NCBI RefSeq assembly: GCF_006345805.1 | Contig: NW_021832519.1 | Location: 1-30,085, forward strand | Direction: 5' to 3' | Length of the DNA stretch: 30,085 bases | Source: Octopus sinensis | Taxonomy: Eukaryota | In this document: positions 11,558 through 22,238 of the stretch, piece after piece | How positions within the stretch are numbered: the stretch's first letter is position 1 | How the letters are laid out: each line of letters begins with the position of its first letter | Program-made: the position numbers and the translations under genes | Notes under the pieces: generated by a model | Database searches by the model: none | What the model saw: only the letters and a program-made list of their open reading frames with translations | What the model was told of the DNA's origin: nothing

Positions 11558-12245
11558 TGTATATACATATATATATATACACATATATGTATATATATAT
11601 ATATGTATGTATGTATGCATGTATGTATATACATATATATACATATACATATACATATATATATATAGGTATATAGAGATACATTTACACAATAGGAATA
11701 AATATTATATAGTAAATCTACGTGTTTCTTGAAGGTTTTTTTGGTTTTCTTTGTGCCTTATCTATTTAACAATTTTTTTTTTCATCTCCACAGCTACATA
11801 TTATATACGAGTATGGAATGTATATGAATGCGCGTTTAAACGTATGCGAAATGAGATTATTGGGCGCAGCTGTTTCGACGCTGAAGATTCGGCACGCCTG
11901 ACCGGACATTCAACGTGTTTTGTCCACAGTACATTTTGGCGCTGGATGCAAGGGCACACTCACACATGCAAACACACACGCACATGCACATACAAATACA
12001 CACATATACACACACGCACATATATATATATATATATACACACACATGGGCACGGGGTAATATACACACAAATAGAGAGAATAGAAAACGGGGAGGGGGA
12101 AAGAGAGATTACAATAAATTGACTGAATATAATTGGCCTAAACAATTTCCCTCTCCTCAGATTCATAAGAGAAACATGTTGACACACATAAACAGTGAGG
12201 GAGAGAGAGAGAAAAAGAGAAAGATATGTAGGTGGGAAGATATGC

Positions 12246-12276
12246 AGGTAGGTAGGTAGGTAGGTAGATAGGTAGG

Positions 12277-12370
<94 letters not shown>
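12246..12370. repeat. (GGTA)n/(GATA)n array at the 3' junction of the Tx1 copy
   Basis: Seen directly. Confidence 0.95.
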
Positions 12371-13908
12371 GTTTCTTTATTGGCCACACAGGGCTGCACA
12401 CAGATGGGACAAGTTACAAGGTAGAGCTTTTCTTTTGGGGGAAAAAAAGATGGCGTAGGTTTTCGATCTAAAGGGATCGTAAAAGAGAAAAAAGAACCAA
12501 AACAAGGAAAAAAAGGGAAAAGGACCAAAAGAAAAGAAAAATGAAAAAAGAAGACAAAAGAGGAAAAAAGGGGAAGAGGAAAAAAACGATCAATAGGGAT
12601 CGTGTATCACAGTGTCATGATGTATGATGTAAAGGGGAAAGCAAGTAAGGTTTATCCGTAGGAAGAAAAGCCCACGAAAAAGACCACGGTAACCTTGGTC
12701 AATATTGTTATGTGTTACCACATTTGTTTGCAAGTGGGTAACTCTCTGTTTACAATTTCTGGGTTCATAGGATTATGCTCAAGGTGGCTTCGTCATTCAT
12801 ACGTGCCCTCTTGCTACATTCACCCATCTTTTTTTTAAATGTTTGCTAGACAAAACTTGCCTCTCTACTCTCACTTTCCTTTTCAAGTGGTATTTGAAGA
12901 AGTTGATGAGAGGTTGACCAGAGAGGAAAGTGTTTGTCTCCAATCCTTTCAGACGCGTCCACCATACATTCTTTCGCCATAGCCACAAGGATGATGAAAA
13001 TAGCTCTTCCTTCCCGTTTGAAGGAAGGAGGCGTGACAATATTGACGATAAACTCGGTTTATAAACCGACTCGTCCCACACGTGACAGCAGTTGTTCGAC
13101 ATAAGCCCACAGGTCGGAAATTGTTGGACACTGCACGAGTGCGTGCAGAACGGTTTCGTCGCTCTGTCTGCATCTCGGGCAGGTCGGCCCCGTGTTTCTC
13201 GAGCCGTGTCTGTAGAGCTTATCCCGAACGGGTAGCGCTTCTCGGTAGCACTGCCAGGCCAGGGATCTCTGGAAGTTGTCCATGGACCCTGGCCCGAAAG
13301 TCGTCCCGAACAGGCGGGTCAGGTATTCCTCGTCGACGTCCAGGTTTGCCCCGAGCTCGTCGTCGTACCTCCCCTCCACTAATCCCCTATAGAATGCTTT
13401 GGTTGTGATGGAGTCACTCAAGGTTGACCTAGGACGACAGAGTTGCTTGAGAGCAGCGCGACACTCGCGGTGTCATTCGCCCTTCCACGGCCTCTTTTTG
13501 ATCCACGATTGCAGTTCGGTCATGGAGACGAGCTGCGGGAAAGCGTTCCTCACAAACGGCGACCACACCTGTTCACCGTCGTCTACGAAGAGCCTGAGAT
13601 GTCGCAGTCTCAGCGCGTGTCTGCGCATCATCAACCACGGCATGCCCAGTCCTCCTTTTAACTGGTGTTGACAGCAAATGGATCGCCTGACCATCGGGAC
13701 GCATCCTTTCCACAAGAAGCGAAAGAGAATGCGTTCTAGTTTGGTGATTGTAGGGTCGGGAGAAGACACGACGGTCAGGCGGTAGTAGATGACGGACGCG
13801 ATGTACGTGTTCGCCACCTCCACCCAACCTTTTAGGGACAGTTTCCTCTCGCCCCATTGCCGGGCGAGAGTGACCACCCTACTCGTTATCTCGTTCCAGT
13901 TCTTCTCC

Positions 13909-13910
<2 letters not shown>
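12371..13910 (-). mobile_element. 5'-truncated L1-clade (Tx1-group) non-LTR retrotransposon, lineage A, inserted in (GATA)n
   Basis: C-terminal part of ORF2 plus a ~425-nt T-rich 3' UTR ending CCCTGTGTGGCCAATAAAGAAAC, then (TATC)n; (GATA)n on both flanks. Confidence 0.9.
12797..13910 (-). pseudogene. Tx1/L1 ORF2 C-terminal remnant (post-RT region and CCHC zf-RVT-like domain)
   Basis: KLSLKGWVEVANTYIASVIYY...LERILFRFLWKG...GGLGMP...RHALRLRHL, then WQCYREALPVRDKLYRHG...CPRC...ETVLHALVQC. One frame runs from 13910 to 13059 with in-frame stops at 13473-13475 and 13059-13061, followed by one frameshift near 12965. Confidence 0.9.

Positions 13911-13975
<65 letters not shown>
13911..13975. repeat. 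(GATA)n array at the 5' junction of the Tx1 copy
   Basis: Seen directly. Confidence 0.95.
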
Positions 13976-14670
13976 TGACGAGTAACTTTGGACGTGTACT
14001 TTTGCCACCATGGATAATATGAGGAAATACGCGTTCAAAGAATTCACTACTATTTCTACCAAACCTCTCGGTGCTTATAAAAGAATGGTAAAATGAACAC
14101 TAATTTTGAAAAAAAAACATATTACCTTAAAATATAATCTAATAAAGCAAGTTTCGTGCTTGCAGATTTGTAATGAATATACGTTATCAATATTTTTTAT
14201 TTTATCGACATGAACACAATATATTACATCGGAATCCTAGCGCTGACAATGTGAAGTATAGTTACCACTTAAATGAGGCTAACCACTAAGGGTGGATGCT
14301 ACTGTAGCTTGTAACCCCAGGAGAACATCTCCAGCTGCTGTTGACACACTTTCTGTGCCCTATCAGTATTTGCAAAGGGAAGCCATCCTTCCCATCGTCG
14401 ACCTGACGTGATACGCACGGAACCGGGTTTCTGAATATTTACCCGTCGTCAGCGCACGACAATCACCGGTCTTCGATGTGAAGGGGTCCCAATGCAAAAA
14501 GAATCAAAGCTAAAATAAGTGATAGAAAATTGAACAGAAGTTCTCTCTCTTTCTTTATCTATCTATCATTCTCTCTCTCTCTCTCTCTCTCTCTCCCTCT
14601 CTCTCTCTCTCTCACTCTCTATCTATCTATCTATCTCTCTATCTCGCTCGACCTCGTTGTTTTCTTGCTC

Positions 14671-14724
14671 CTTAACTAGTCTTATCTTTTCGTGCTCCTT
14701 AACTAGTCTTATCTTTTCGTGCTC
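14671..14724. repeat. Perfect 27-bp tandem duplication
   Basis: CTTAACTAGTCTTATCTTTTCGTGCTC occurs twice in tandem. Confidence 0.95.
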
Positions 14725-14918
14725 ATCTTCAACGTCCGTTCTTTTATTCTAACGCAGCTTGTTTCTGCTACCGGCACAAATAGAACAAAATTATCAAAAA
14801 GATGACGAAATGGCTTTAACATTTGGTCGATGACTGGTGAAGGAATAAGGCTGTCTTTGTCCATTGTGTATTGTTTCTTGTCTTTCAGTACACTTCCTAC
14901 CTCGTCTCCCTGTATCAC

Positions 14919-14928
14919 ATTATTATTA

Positions 14929-15002
<74 letters not shown>
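14919..15002. repeat. (ATT)n array
   Basis: Seen directly. Confidence 0.95.
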
Positions 15003-15236
15003 TAAAAGAAGAGTGTCATTGTCATCTAGTGAACGATATTTCGACATCTTGTGTCTTCATCTTGTGTGTCTTCTGGAGGAGTTACCTCAATCCTTTATAT
15101 ATTAACCAAAATGAAGTAAATTGACAAAATTATTTTTTGAACATGTTGAAGACACACAAGATGTCGAAAGATCGTTCACAAGATGACAATGGCACTCTCC
15201 TTTTAATTCTGACCCTATATCTTCTGGAGGAGTTAT
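15003..15236. repeat. Fold-back inverted repeat (~57-bp arms) plus a 16-bp direct repeat
   Basis: 15003-15059 is the reverse complement of 15147-15205 with 4 mismatches and one 2-nt indel; TCTTCTGGAGGAGTTA occurs at about 15069 and 15220. Confidence 0.85.
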
Positions 15237-15250
15237 TATTAATGCGGTAA

Positions 15251-15462
15251 GGCGGCGTGCTGGCAGAATTGTTTGCACGCTGCACGAAATGCATAGCGGT
15301 ATTTCATCCGTTGCTACATTCTGAGTTCAAATTCCGCCGATGATGACTTTGTCTTTTATTCATTCGAGGTCGATGAAATAAGTACCAGTTACTCACTGGG
15401 GTTGATGTAATTGACGTACATCCTCCCCCGAAATTGGTGGCCTTCTAACAAAATTTGAAGCC
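15251..15462 (+). mobile_element. tRNA-derived SINE, tail type 2
   Basis: ggcggcgtgctggcagaattg...ctgagttcaaattccgccga...aataagtaccagtt...cctcccccgaaattggtggcctt...aaaatttgaagcc, followed by ATT-like repeats. Confidence 0.8.
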
Positions 15463-15491
15463 ATTATTGTTATTACAATGTGTATATAGGC

Positions 15492-15526
<35 letters not shown>

Positions 15527-15527
<1 letters not shown>

Positions 15528-15690
15528 GCGTAGGAGTGGCTGTGTGGTAAGTAGCTTGCTTCCCTACCCCATGGTTTCGGGTTCAGTCTTACTGCGTGGC
15601 GCCTTGGGCAAATGTCTTCTACTATAGCCCCAGGTTGACTAAAGTCTTGTGAGTGGATTTGGTAGACAGAAACTGAAAGAAGCCCGTCGT
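15527..15690 (+). mobile_element. CORE-type tRNA SINE, 5' half
   Basis: ggcgtaggagtggctgtgtggtaag...gggttcagtc...gccttgggcaaatgtcttc; CCTTGGGCAA is the CORE-domain signature. Confidence 0.8.
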
Positions 15691-15699
15691 ATATGTGTG

Positions 15700-15723
15700 T
15701 GTGTGTGTATGTATGTATATATA

Positions 15724-15767
<44 letters not shown>

Positions 15768-15893
15768 TATATATATATGTTTGTATGTGTGTAGGTATAC
15801 ATATTTATATATATGTTTATTTACATATATATATATATATATAGATATACATATATACATATATATATATGTATATATATATATATACATATA

Positions 15894-15974
<81 letters not shown>

Positions 15975-15980
15975 TATAAC
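15700..15980. repeat. (TA)n-rich array
   Basis: Seen directly. Confidence 0.95.
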
Positions 15981-17284
15981 GATAAATGTAAAAGTAATTT
16001 GCAAATTGGCAACTCATTTTGAAGTGTAAACAAAAATATTATTTATTAGAAAGTTTACAATAGAGAGAGACATTTGAAAGGAATTGCTAATTTCTGATGT
16101 TTTTTTTATGTATCTTCCTTCTGTTTTCTATAACAAATGTGTTATTTTCTTGTGTGATGCTACCTTCATAAATTAACTTCATTATGCTCTGCCGAGATGT
16201 GAAAACAGAAACCTATAGTAATGGTGATTTATAAACTACATTTAAGCATTTGCTCATTCATTTCGCTGACTCGAAATTCGTTTTTGTACGTTCTTCATTT
16301 CATTTTGTTTCCTTCTCAGTCCTTCAGTTAAATGTTCTTAAAGCAAAAGATCACGGTTTATGTAAGCGTGTGTGTGTGTGCACTTATGCATTAGTGAATT
16401 CAGTGTATCAGCACGCTACGAGTACGATTTTGTATGAATGGAATTTTGAGGACAACCATGAGTTTATTCATAGATTTAGCAAAGCAAATAAAGTTTTCCA
16501 TGAATAAAGAAAGCCCAAAGAGGCAGGAATACGTATTTAGCAATGCCATTACCGCTGATAGACGACTTTAGTCTTCTGTTAATATATTTTTGTACTATTT
16601 AACAGGATACGTCTATAAAAGATGCTTTCTCGAGACAAGTAGCGCAGTTTACAAGGTTTACAACGATGTATCTGCTTTTAGCATGATACACAAATTGCTA
16701 TTACAAATCAAAATCTTGGCGCTTATGAAAATTAACTCATTAAAGACCTTGCTTCTTGTATTATGGTCTACGTATTTTTAGCACTTAAAAGCTTAAAAAT
16801 CAAAGAAAATCTTCACGGAATCTATGTATGAAAGAAAGTTTCGTTTGTGTAGCACAAGAATGATTTTGCAACGGAAATGCGTAATTTTGTTTGTTAGAAG
16901 CTGTGCCTGCTATCGTGTATTTTCTAACTTGTAAGTTTAATTTGTTTCGCAGCCAGCATCGCAGCCCAGAACTAATCATTGCCAACAGCTGTTGGAATTT
17001 TCTTGTCCGTCGACTTCAAACGCGATTATATTCCATCCAATGTGTTAATTATATCTGCGCATGAGCGACGGCCAACTGATACTTGGATCACTTTGTGAAA
17101 GAAACGAAAAACAGCGAAGTCGTTATAGTCTTTTGTTTTTATTACTACACAATAGTCAATGCGTTCGTTATTACTAAAGGCTAAACGTAATCTAATTTAT
17201 AGATTGTCTTTATACATAAATACACACACAAACACGCATACATCCATCCATATATATATACCATGTATACACACATATATATAT

Positions 17285-17333
<49 letters not shown>

Positions 17334-17393
17334 AAGTAAGTGCACAAAGCAGTGTTTACGTATAATCACAATTTAGGTTAGTTGAAATATGTT

Positions 17394-17585
17394 TGTCGTG
17401 TGTCTGTGATTGACAACCGATGTTGGTGTGTTTACGTTCCCGTAACTTAGCGGTTCGACAAAAGAGACCGATTGAATAAGTACTAGGCTTACAAAAAATA
17501 AGTCCTAGGGTCGATTTGTTCGACTAAAGGCGGTGCTCCAGCATGACCGCAGTCAAATGACTGAAACAAAATAGAATAAAAGAAT
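17394..17585 (+). mobile_element. 3' half of the CORE-type SINE family
   Basis: caaccgatgttggtgtgtttacgttcccgtaacttagcggttcg...aaggcggtgctccagcatgaccgcagtcaaatgactgaaac is the reverse complement of 23677-23870. Confidence 0.8.
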
Positions 17586-17590
17586 ATATA

Positions 17591-17861
17591 TACAGGATGC
17601 GATGTGTAACTTCCCATTGTTTGTTTTTGATTTTGTTGACTACACAGTATAGTAGGACCAGTTGGGCACCGTCTGTGAGACAAACAGCAACATGACGCAA
17701 CTCACTCTGCCAGAAATTTGGAACCAACATTCTGTACTGCTTGGCATTCCCACCGGAAGCTCCAATACGAACAGATAGTAAACACACAGAACAACCGTTG
17801 GCTTTCCGTGTCCCCAAAACATGTACTGAGAGTGATAAAAATCAAACATCCAGTCAACATC
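17591..17861 (+). mobile_element. Internally deleted Tc1/mariner (DD37D/maT-like) relic: left end, transposase N-terminus and a catalytic-region fragment
   Basis: TA|CAGGATGCG end at 17591; ATG at 17692 gives MTQLTLPEIWNQHSVLLGIPTGSSNTN, joined in another frame at 17771-17774 to QIVNTQNNRWLSVSPKHVLRVIKIKHPVNI, which resembles the VNxQNxRW...VMKTKHP motif that follows the first catalytic Asp in DD37D-type transposases. Confidence 0.65.
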
Positions 17862-18054
17862 AAAAGAAAGCATAATACTCTACTTTCAGTATTCGAGTAC
17901 TATTTTTCCACCTTGCTTTGTACTTATGAGCTTACCTGTATATATGTATACACACACACACACACCACACACACACACACACACACACCACACACACATA
18001 TATATAAAGTTAAGACAGAAAAAAATAAATGAGTAATAATTACCACCATCATCC

Positions 18055-18096
<42 letters not shown>

Positions 18097-18122
18097 GTAT
18101 TATTGTTATTATTATTATTATG

Positions 18123-18180
<58 letters not shown>

Positions 18181-18190
18181 ATTATTATAA
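18055..18190. repeat. (ATT)n array
   Basis: Seen directly. Confidence 0.95.
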
Positions 18191-19230
18191 GATATGAAAT
18201 AACATGAATAATAACAAATGATCATCAGAGATAATCTGTCTATCTTACGAAATACTGGATAAAACACAAGCTGCAACTGTGTCTTCCGTCACTGATCAGT
18301 AACTGAAGATAGCACTCGCTGTGAGTTATTTAAATTTTGATAACAATGTGTGATAAAAATAATGTAATATCAAATATACATTTTTTTTATATTATATTTT
18401 TGTATTTTTTTGCTTTTTCTTTCCTATTTATTATATTTATTCTTAGAAGGCAAGTATTTGCAGATGTCACTTATACTTCAAGAAGCCAAGACCGACATAA
18501 ATATTCACAAGTACATTGCATTATATTGTTATCATTTATTGTTATCAAAAGCAGCCAAGTGCTGTGATGTGAAGAGAACATCTTATCGGTCAGTAGTGAA
18601 TTTTTGACAAGTGCTTATTTCCGATGATGTTCTCTGCGGCCCCAAAACTGCCAGGCTGACCTACATCAACTAAGACTTGGAGAAAAACACTTCACTTGCC
18701 AAAGGAAGGTGATAATATATGCTTACGTTTTGCAAGCTGAAGCCAAGAAAGTTAACCTCTCTTATATTCATAACAGTCACAGCACTTCCTATTTTTAAGG
18801 TTATGTTTTTAGTATCGAGGTGATAACAAAAAAGATGCAAGGCAATCAAAAGACCTTCCAAAAGCCTTGGACCCCCAAAATATGATCGAAAATGTTGATT
18901 TTGTCACCTTTCTGTGAAAGGTATTAAACATGTCCAGCAGCAATCAAACATCTCAAGGTACTGTCTTCCATCGCGGCATAATCTACTGAAAAAAATTATG
19001 CAGTTGCGCCACCTGTTGGAGAAACAATCTAGGATGAATCAAGAAACTATTTGTATCGTTTAGTGCATCCATTTGATTCAAAACTGACACCAAATATGAA
19101 GATGTAGGGAACAAAAGAAAATTGTGTAGAATTATACAGAGCAGATAGTGAAGATTCTCCCAATGACTAAACAAACCATACATATTTCTTTTTTCTTTTC
19201 TTGCCGAGACTAGGAGCAATATAACTACGG

Positions 19231-19412
19231 AGTAAAGATTGTTTGCCAACATAACATGGCAGTCCTGGTTTAGGACGAATGTTGCTGTAATTTAGCCCCA
19301 GGAGACATCGTCTCCAGCTGGCTATACGACACGATCTGTGTCCATATATTTTTGAACAAGGGAACCTAACACCCCCACTCAGCTCCTTGGTTGTTGGCAA
19401 ACAATCTTTACT
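19231..19412. mobile_element. 182-bp MITE-like element with perfect 21-bp terminal inverted repeats
   Basis: AGTAAAGATTGTTTGCCAACA (19231-19251) and TGTTGGCAAACAATCTTTACT (19392-19412); internal palindrome GGAGAC-ATC-GTCTCC; no clear target-site duplication. Confidence 0.7.
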
Positions 19413-19502
19413 GCAATGTACTGATGTTGAATATCTCTCGTTGTGAGATTAAAAAATAGTAAGTTTCCAATATAACTATGTCGCTCAGTTCGTTTTTGAA
19501 GA

Positions 19503-19940
19503 TGGTTTGTAAGAATCTGGATGTGAACTCATGTGTTGAAACATACTTTGTGTATCTAGGAAGGGTCATTATACCAATAATAAACACACGCACTGGTTTT
19601 ATTTTACTTTTTTATTTTATATTACCATTCGTGACCTCGTCAAAGTCATGGTTTTCTACTCCAAGTCTGCTTCGGGTGTATCTGCCAGTTTCCTAGCTTA
19701 CAGGTTCTATGTTTATATTTATATTTGAAGAACTCATTTGATTGATTGGTTGATTGATTGATTGATTGGTCGAACGATTAATCAAACAATTCATTGCTTA
19801 ATAAGTTAAATTTTTAACCGGTTGTCAAATAGAAATGTGAAGTATAACCAGTGCGTGTTTATTATTGGCATAAAGACCCTCCCGAGACACAACAAAGTAT
19901 GTCTCAACACACGAGTTCATGTCAAGCATCTTGCAAACCA
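19503..19940. repeat. Diverged ~95-bp inverted repeat pair with ~250-bp spacer
   Basis: 19503-19597 versus the reverse complement of 19847-19940: 13 mismatches and 2 small indels by manual alignment. Confidence 0.85.
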
Positions 19941-20432
19941 AATACAAAGTAAAACGAAATAAGTTACAGAGATATATTTTAAATTTTCCAAGTTGTTCGT
20001 TGAGGAACACCCACGATATAATATGATCGAGTATCATTCGGTTCCTCGACTCTTACTAAAGCGGAGCGGTGTTTTAGCTGAAAACATTATGGATTAGCAT
20101 CCTTGTATAAAGTGGGAGCTGCTCCAATCTTAGCGGTAACAAATCATATCAGATATGGTGTTGTATAAAGCGCGATAATGTTACTTAAGATGTCTGTAAA
20201 CACAGATAACGAAATAAGAACAAACTGATAAAAAGACAATGATAAATCTGATACCAACATACGAGATGGAGAATCAGAATTTTTGTAAGATACTGCAATC
20301 GCTTTTACGAAACCACTTATGGCGAGTGTTTCGTAATGCAGGCAAGACTTCATTTGTGACATGGCGCCAATACGAACTCGTACCTATAAATTTAGTTTAA
20401 TACTTAATATATTGAGTTGATTTCTTTTTCAG

Positions 20433-20903
20433 AAAATCAACTGACATTTGTTGGAAGTAGTAGAAGCCAACATGGCAGCAGATGAAGCTCTTCGTCAGCC
20501 GTTCCTGGCAACAGCACAACGTTTAATGTTGGGTTATATAACGCAACGTATGCAGTCACATGTAGTAGCGAGAGTGGCAGCATTAATACAGACAGCAGGC
20601 CTTTAAGCACAGACAAATACAGGTATGTCAAATACCATACAACATAAATGCTTGAGGTTTTTTCTTTTTGTTTTTTTAATTATCTCCAATTTTAGAGGAA
20701 ATAATATAATTAGCAAAAGGCTCCACTTGAGGAGGAGAGATAATCTCAAAGCTCAAGTATTCTTCAAAATTGATAGGCCATTAAGGAAAATGACAGAAGA
20801 GATAAAAAGACAGTGGTTGTCACGCGTTTTCGGTTCCTTAGCCGTCATCAGCCGGACAATTATCGGACTTTATCTCCAGTGGCCAATGGACTTACACTTA
20901 TAA
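20433..20903 (+). pseudogene. Candidate pair of spliced exons (20433-20622 and 20696-20903) of an unknown or decayed gene
   Basis: tttctttttcAG|exon|GTATGT, then a 73-bp intron with a T-rich tract ending ttttAG. The phase-2 join is in frame, but there is a TGA at 20483-20485. The peptide VPGNSTTFNVGLYNATYAVTC weakly resembles the second half of a fibronectin type III repeat. Confidence 0.3.
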
Positions 20904-21552
20904 CGGAAAAGAATAGAACAGATTTATGGCCAAGGTAACTTGAATGATTTAAACAAAAACGGCCAAAGAGAAATAACTCAAAGTGGCCAATAGTATGAAC
21001 AGCATGGACAGGTACAGGCATATTAAATACCTTGCAACATAAATTCTTGATCTATTAAAATTATCTCCGATTCTGGAGTATGTGTAGAGATGGAGAAGAC
21101 ATAAAAATACATGAAGCGAGAGAGGGGAGTGGGGAGAGAGAGAAAGAGGGAGAGAAAGAGAAAGAAGGAGAGAGAGAGAAAGAGGGAGAGAGAGAAAGAG
21201 GGGAGAGAGATAGAATGGAAGGATGAATCATAGATAGGTTCATGGTTGGGGGTGTGGTTCCTATTTACTTATTTTGTTCAGGGTCCATATTTATAACAAT
21301 TAATTCTGAGAAGATATTGTTATAAATAGCAGCAGGAACAGTGTGGAATGAACGAGTGTTTCGTTAACGCACAGAGCTCAGTTTTGTTCTGTAAACAGAA
21401 TGTCATTTCCACGACTGAGAAAGGTTATGACACATCCGCTTAACAACCTATTAACACTTATAATTCAATAAAGATTAGTTACATTATTTGGGTGAGGGGA
21501 CACAGGGTTTATAAATTATACTTTATGAATGGCCGTTTAATCATTATTATTA

Positions 21553-22107
21553 CTGAGTGAGAGAGCAGTGCATTCCATGAGTGACACTGGGGTAAAATAT
21601 AGGAAGCGCAGTATACCCATGATAAATAGCCACCTGATAAGGGTGCACCAGATACATGTATCACAACCATATGTGCGCGACATGGTGATCTCATATCAAA
21701 ATATACAGCACATGACCTTGCAGGTGGGAGCCCAGTTAGCATTTACTTCAGGTCTAGTAGCCCATCCCGTTCAAAAGGTCCCTGAATAACGTTTGTTTAA
21801 GGATGATGAACAAAGCACTCCTGTTTCCAAAGGTGAATTATCCAAACCCCAAAGAATTCCCTCTCAACACATGGCTATGATGATTCTCCACTACTTCTAC
21901 TCGTGATCAGAGATGCACATATCGTCAGCCACTACGGGACATACTCAACTGGTTAAGGTCAAACAACTGACAAGCAAATCTGTGGTATTGAGCACAATAT
22001 TTGCTGTAGCCCATCTTTTATACCAAGACAAAACAATGTACATGATAACACTTCCAATCAGTTAAGATGAGAAGCCATGAGAGCCACTGCCTGGTACTGC
22101 AACAGGC
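21553..22107. mobile_element. ~555-bp non-coding interspersed element embedded in (ATT)n
   Basis: Complex sequence without a meaningful ORF, bounded by cattattattac on the left and atttattattattatc... on the right. It resembles an abundant octopus repeat from memory; this is not verified. Confidence 0.45.
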
Positions 22108-22120
22108 ATTTATTATTATT

Positions 22121-22170
<50 letters not shown>

Positions 22171-22191
22171 TATTATTATTATTATTATTAC

Positions 22192-22238
<47 letters not shown>

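Noticed and set aside
16940-17130. Exon-like segments with AG acceptors on both strands
   Set aside because: All frames contain stops and no domain is recognisable.
18540-19170. Protein-like single frame (...LRLGEKHFTCQ...RLVHPFDSKLTPNMKM...), with a faint C2H2-linker resemblance
   Set aside because: About 9 stops in ~200 codons is close to what random AT-rich DNA gives; there is no complete CX2CX12HX3H motif and no recognisable family. BLASTX would settle it.
21288-21328. 13-bp perfect inverted repeat with a 15-bp spacer
   Set aside because: Almost entirely A/T and plausible by chance in this composition.
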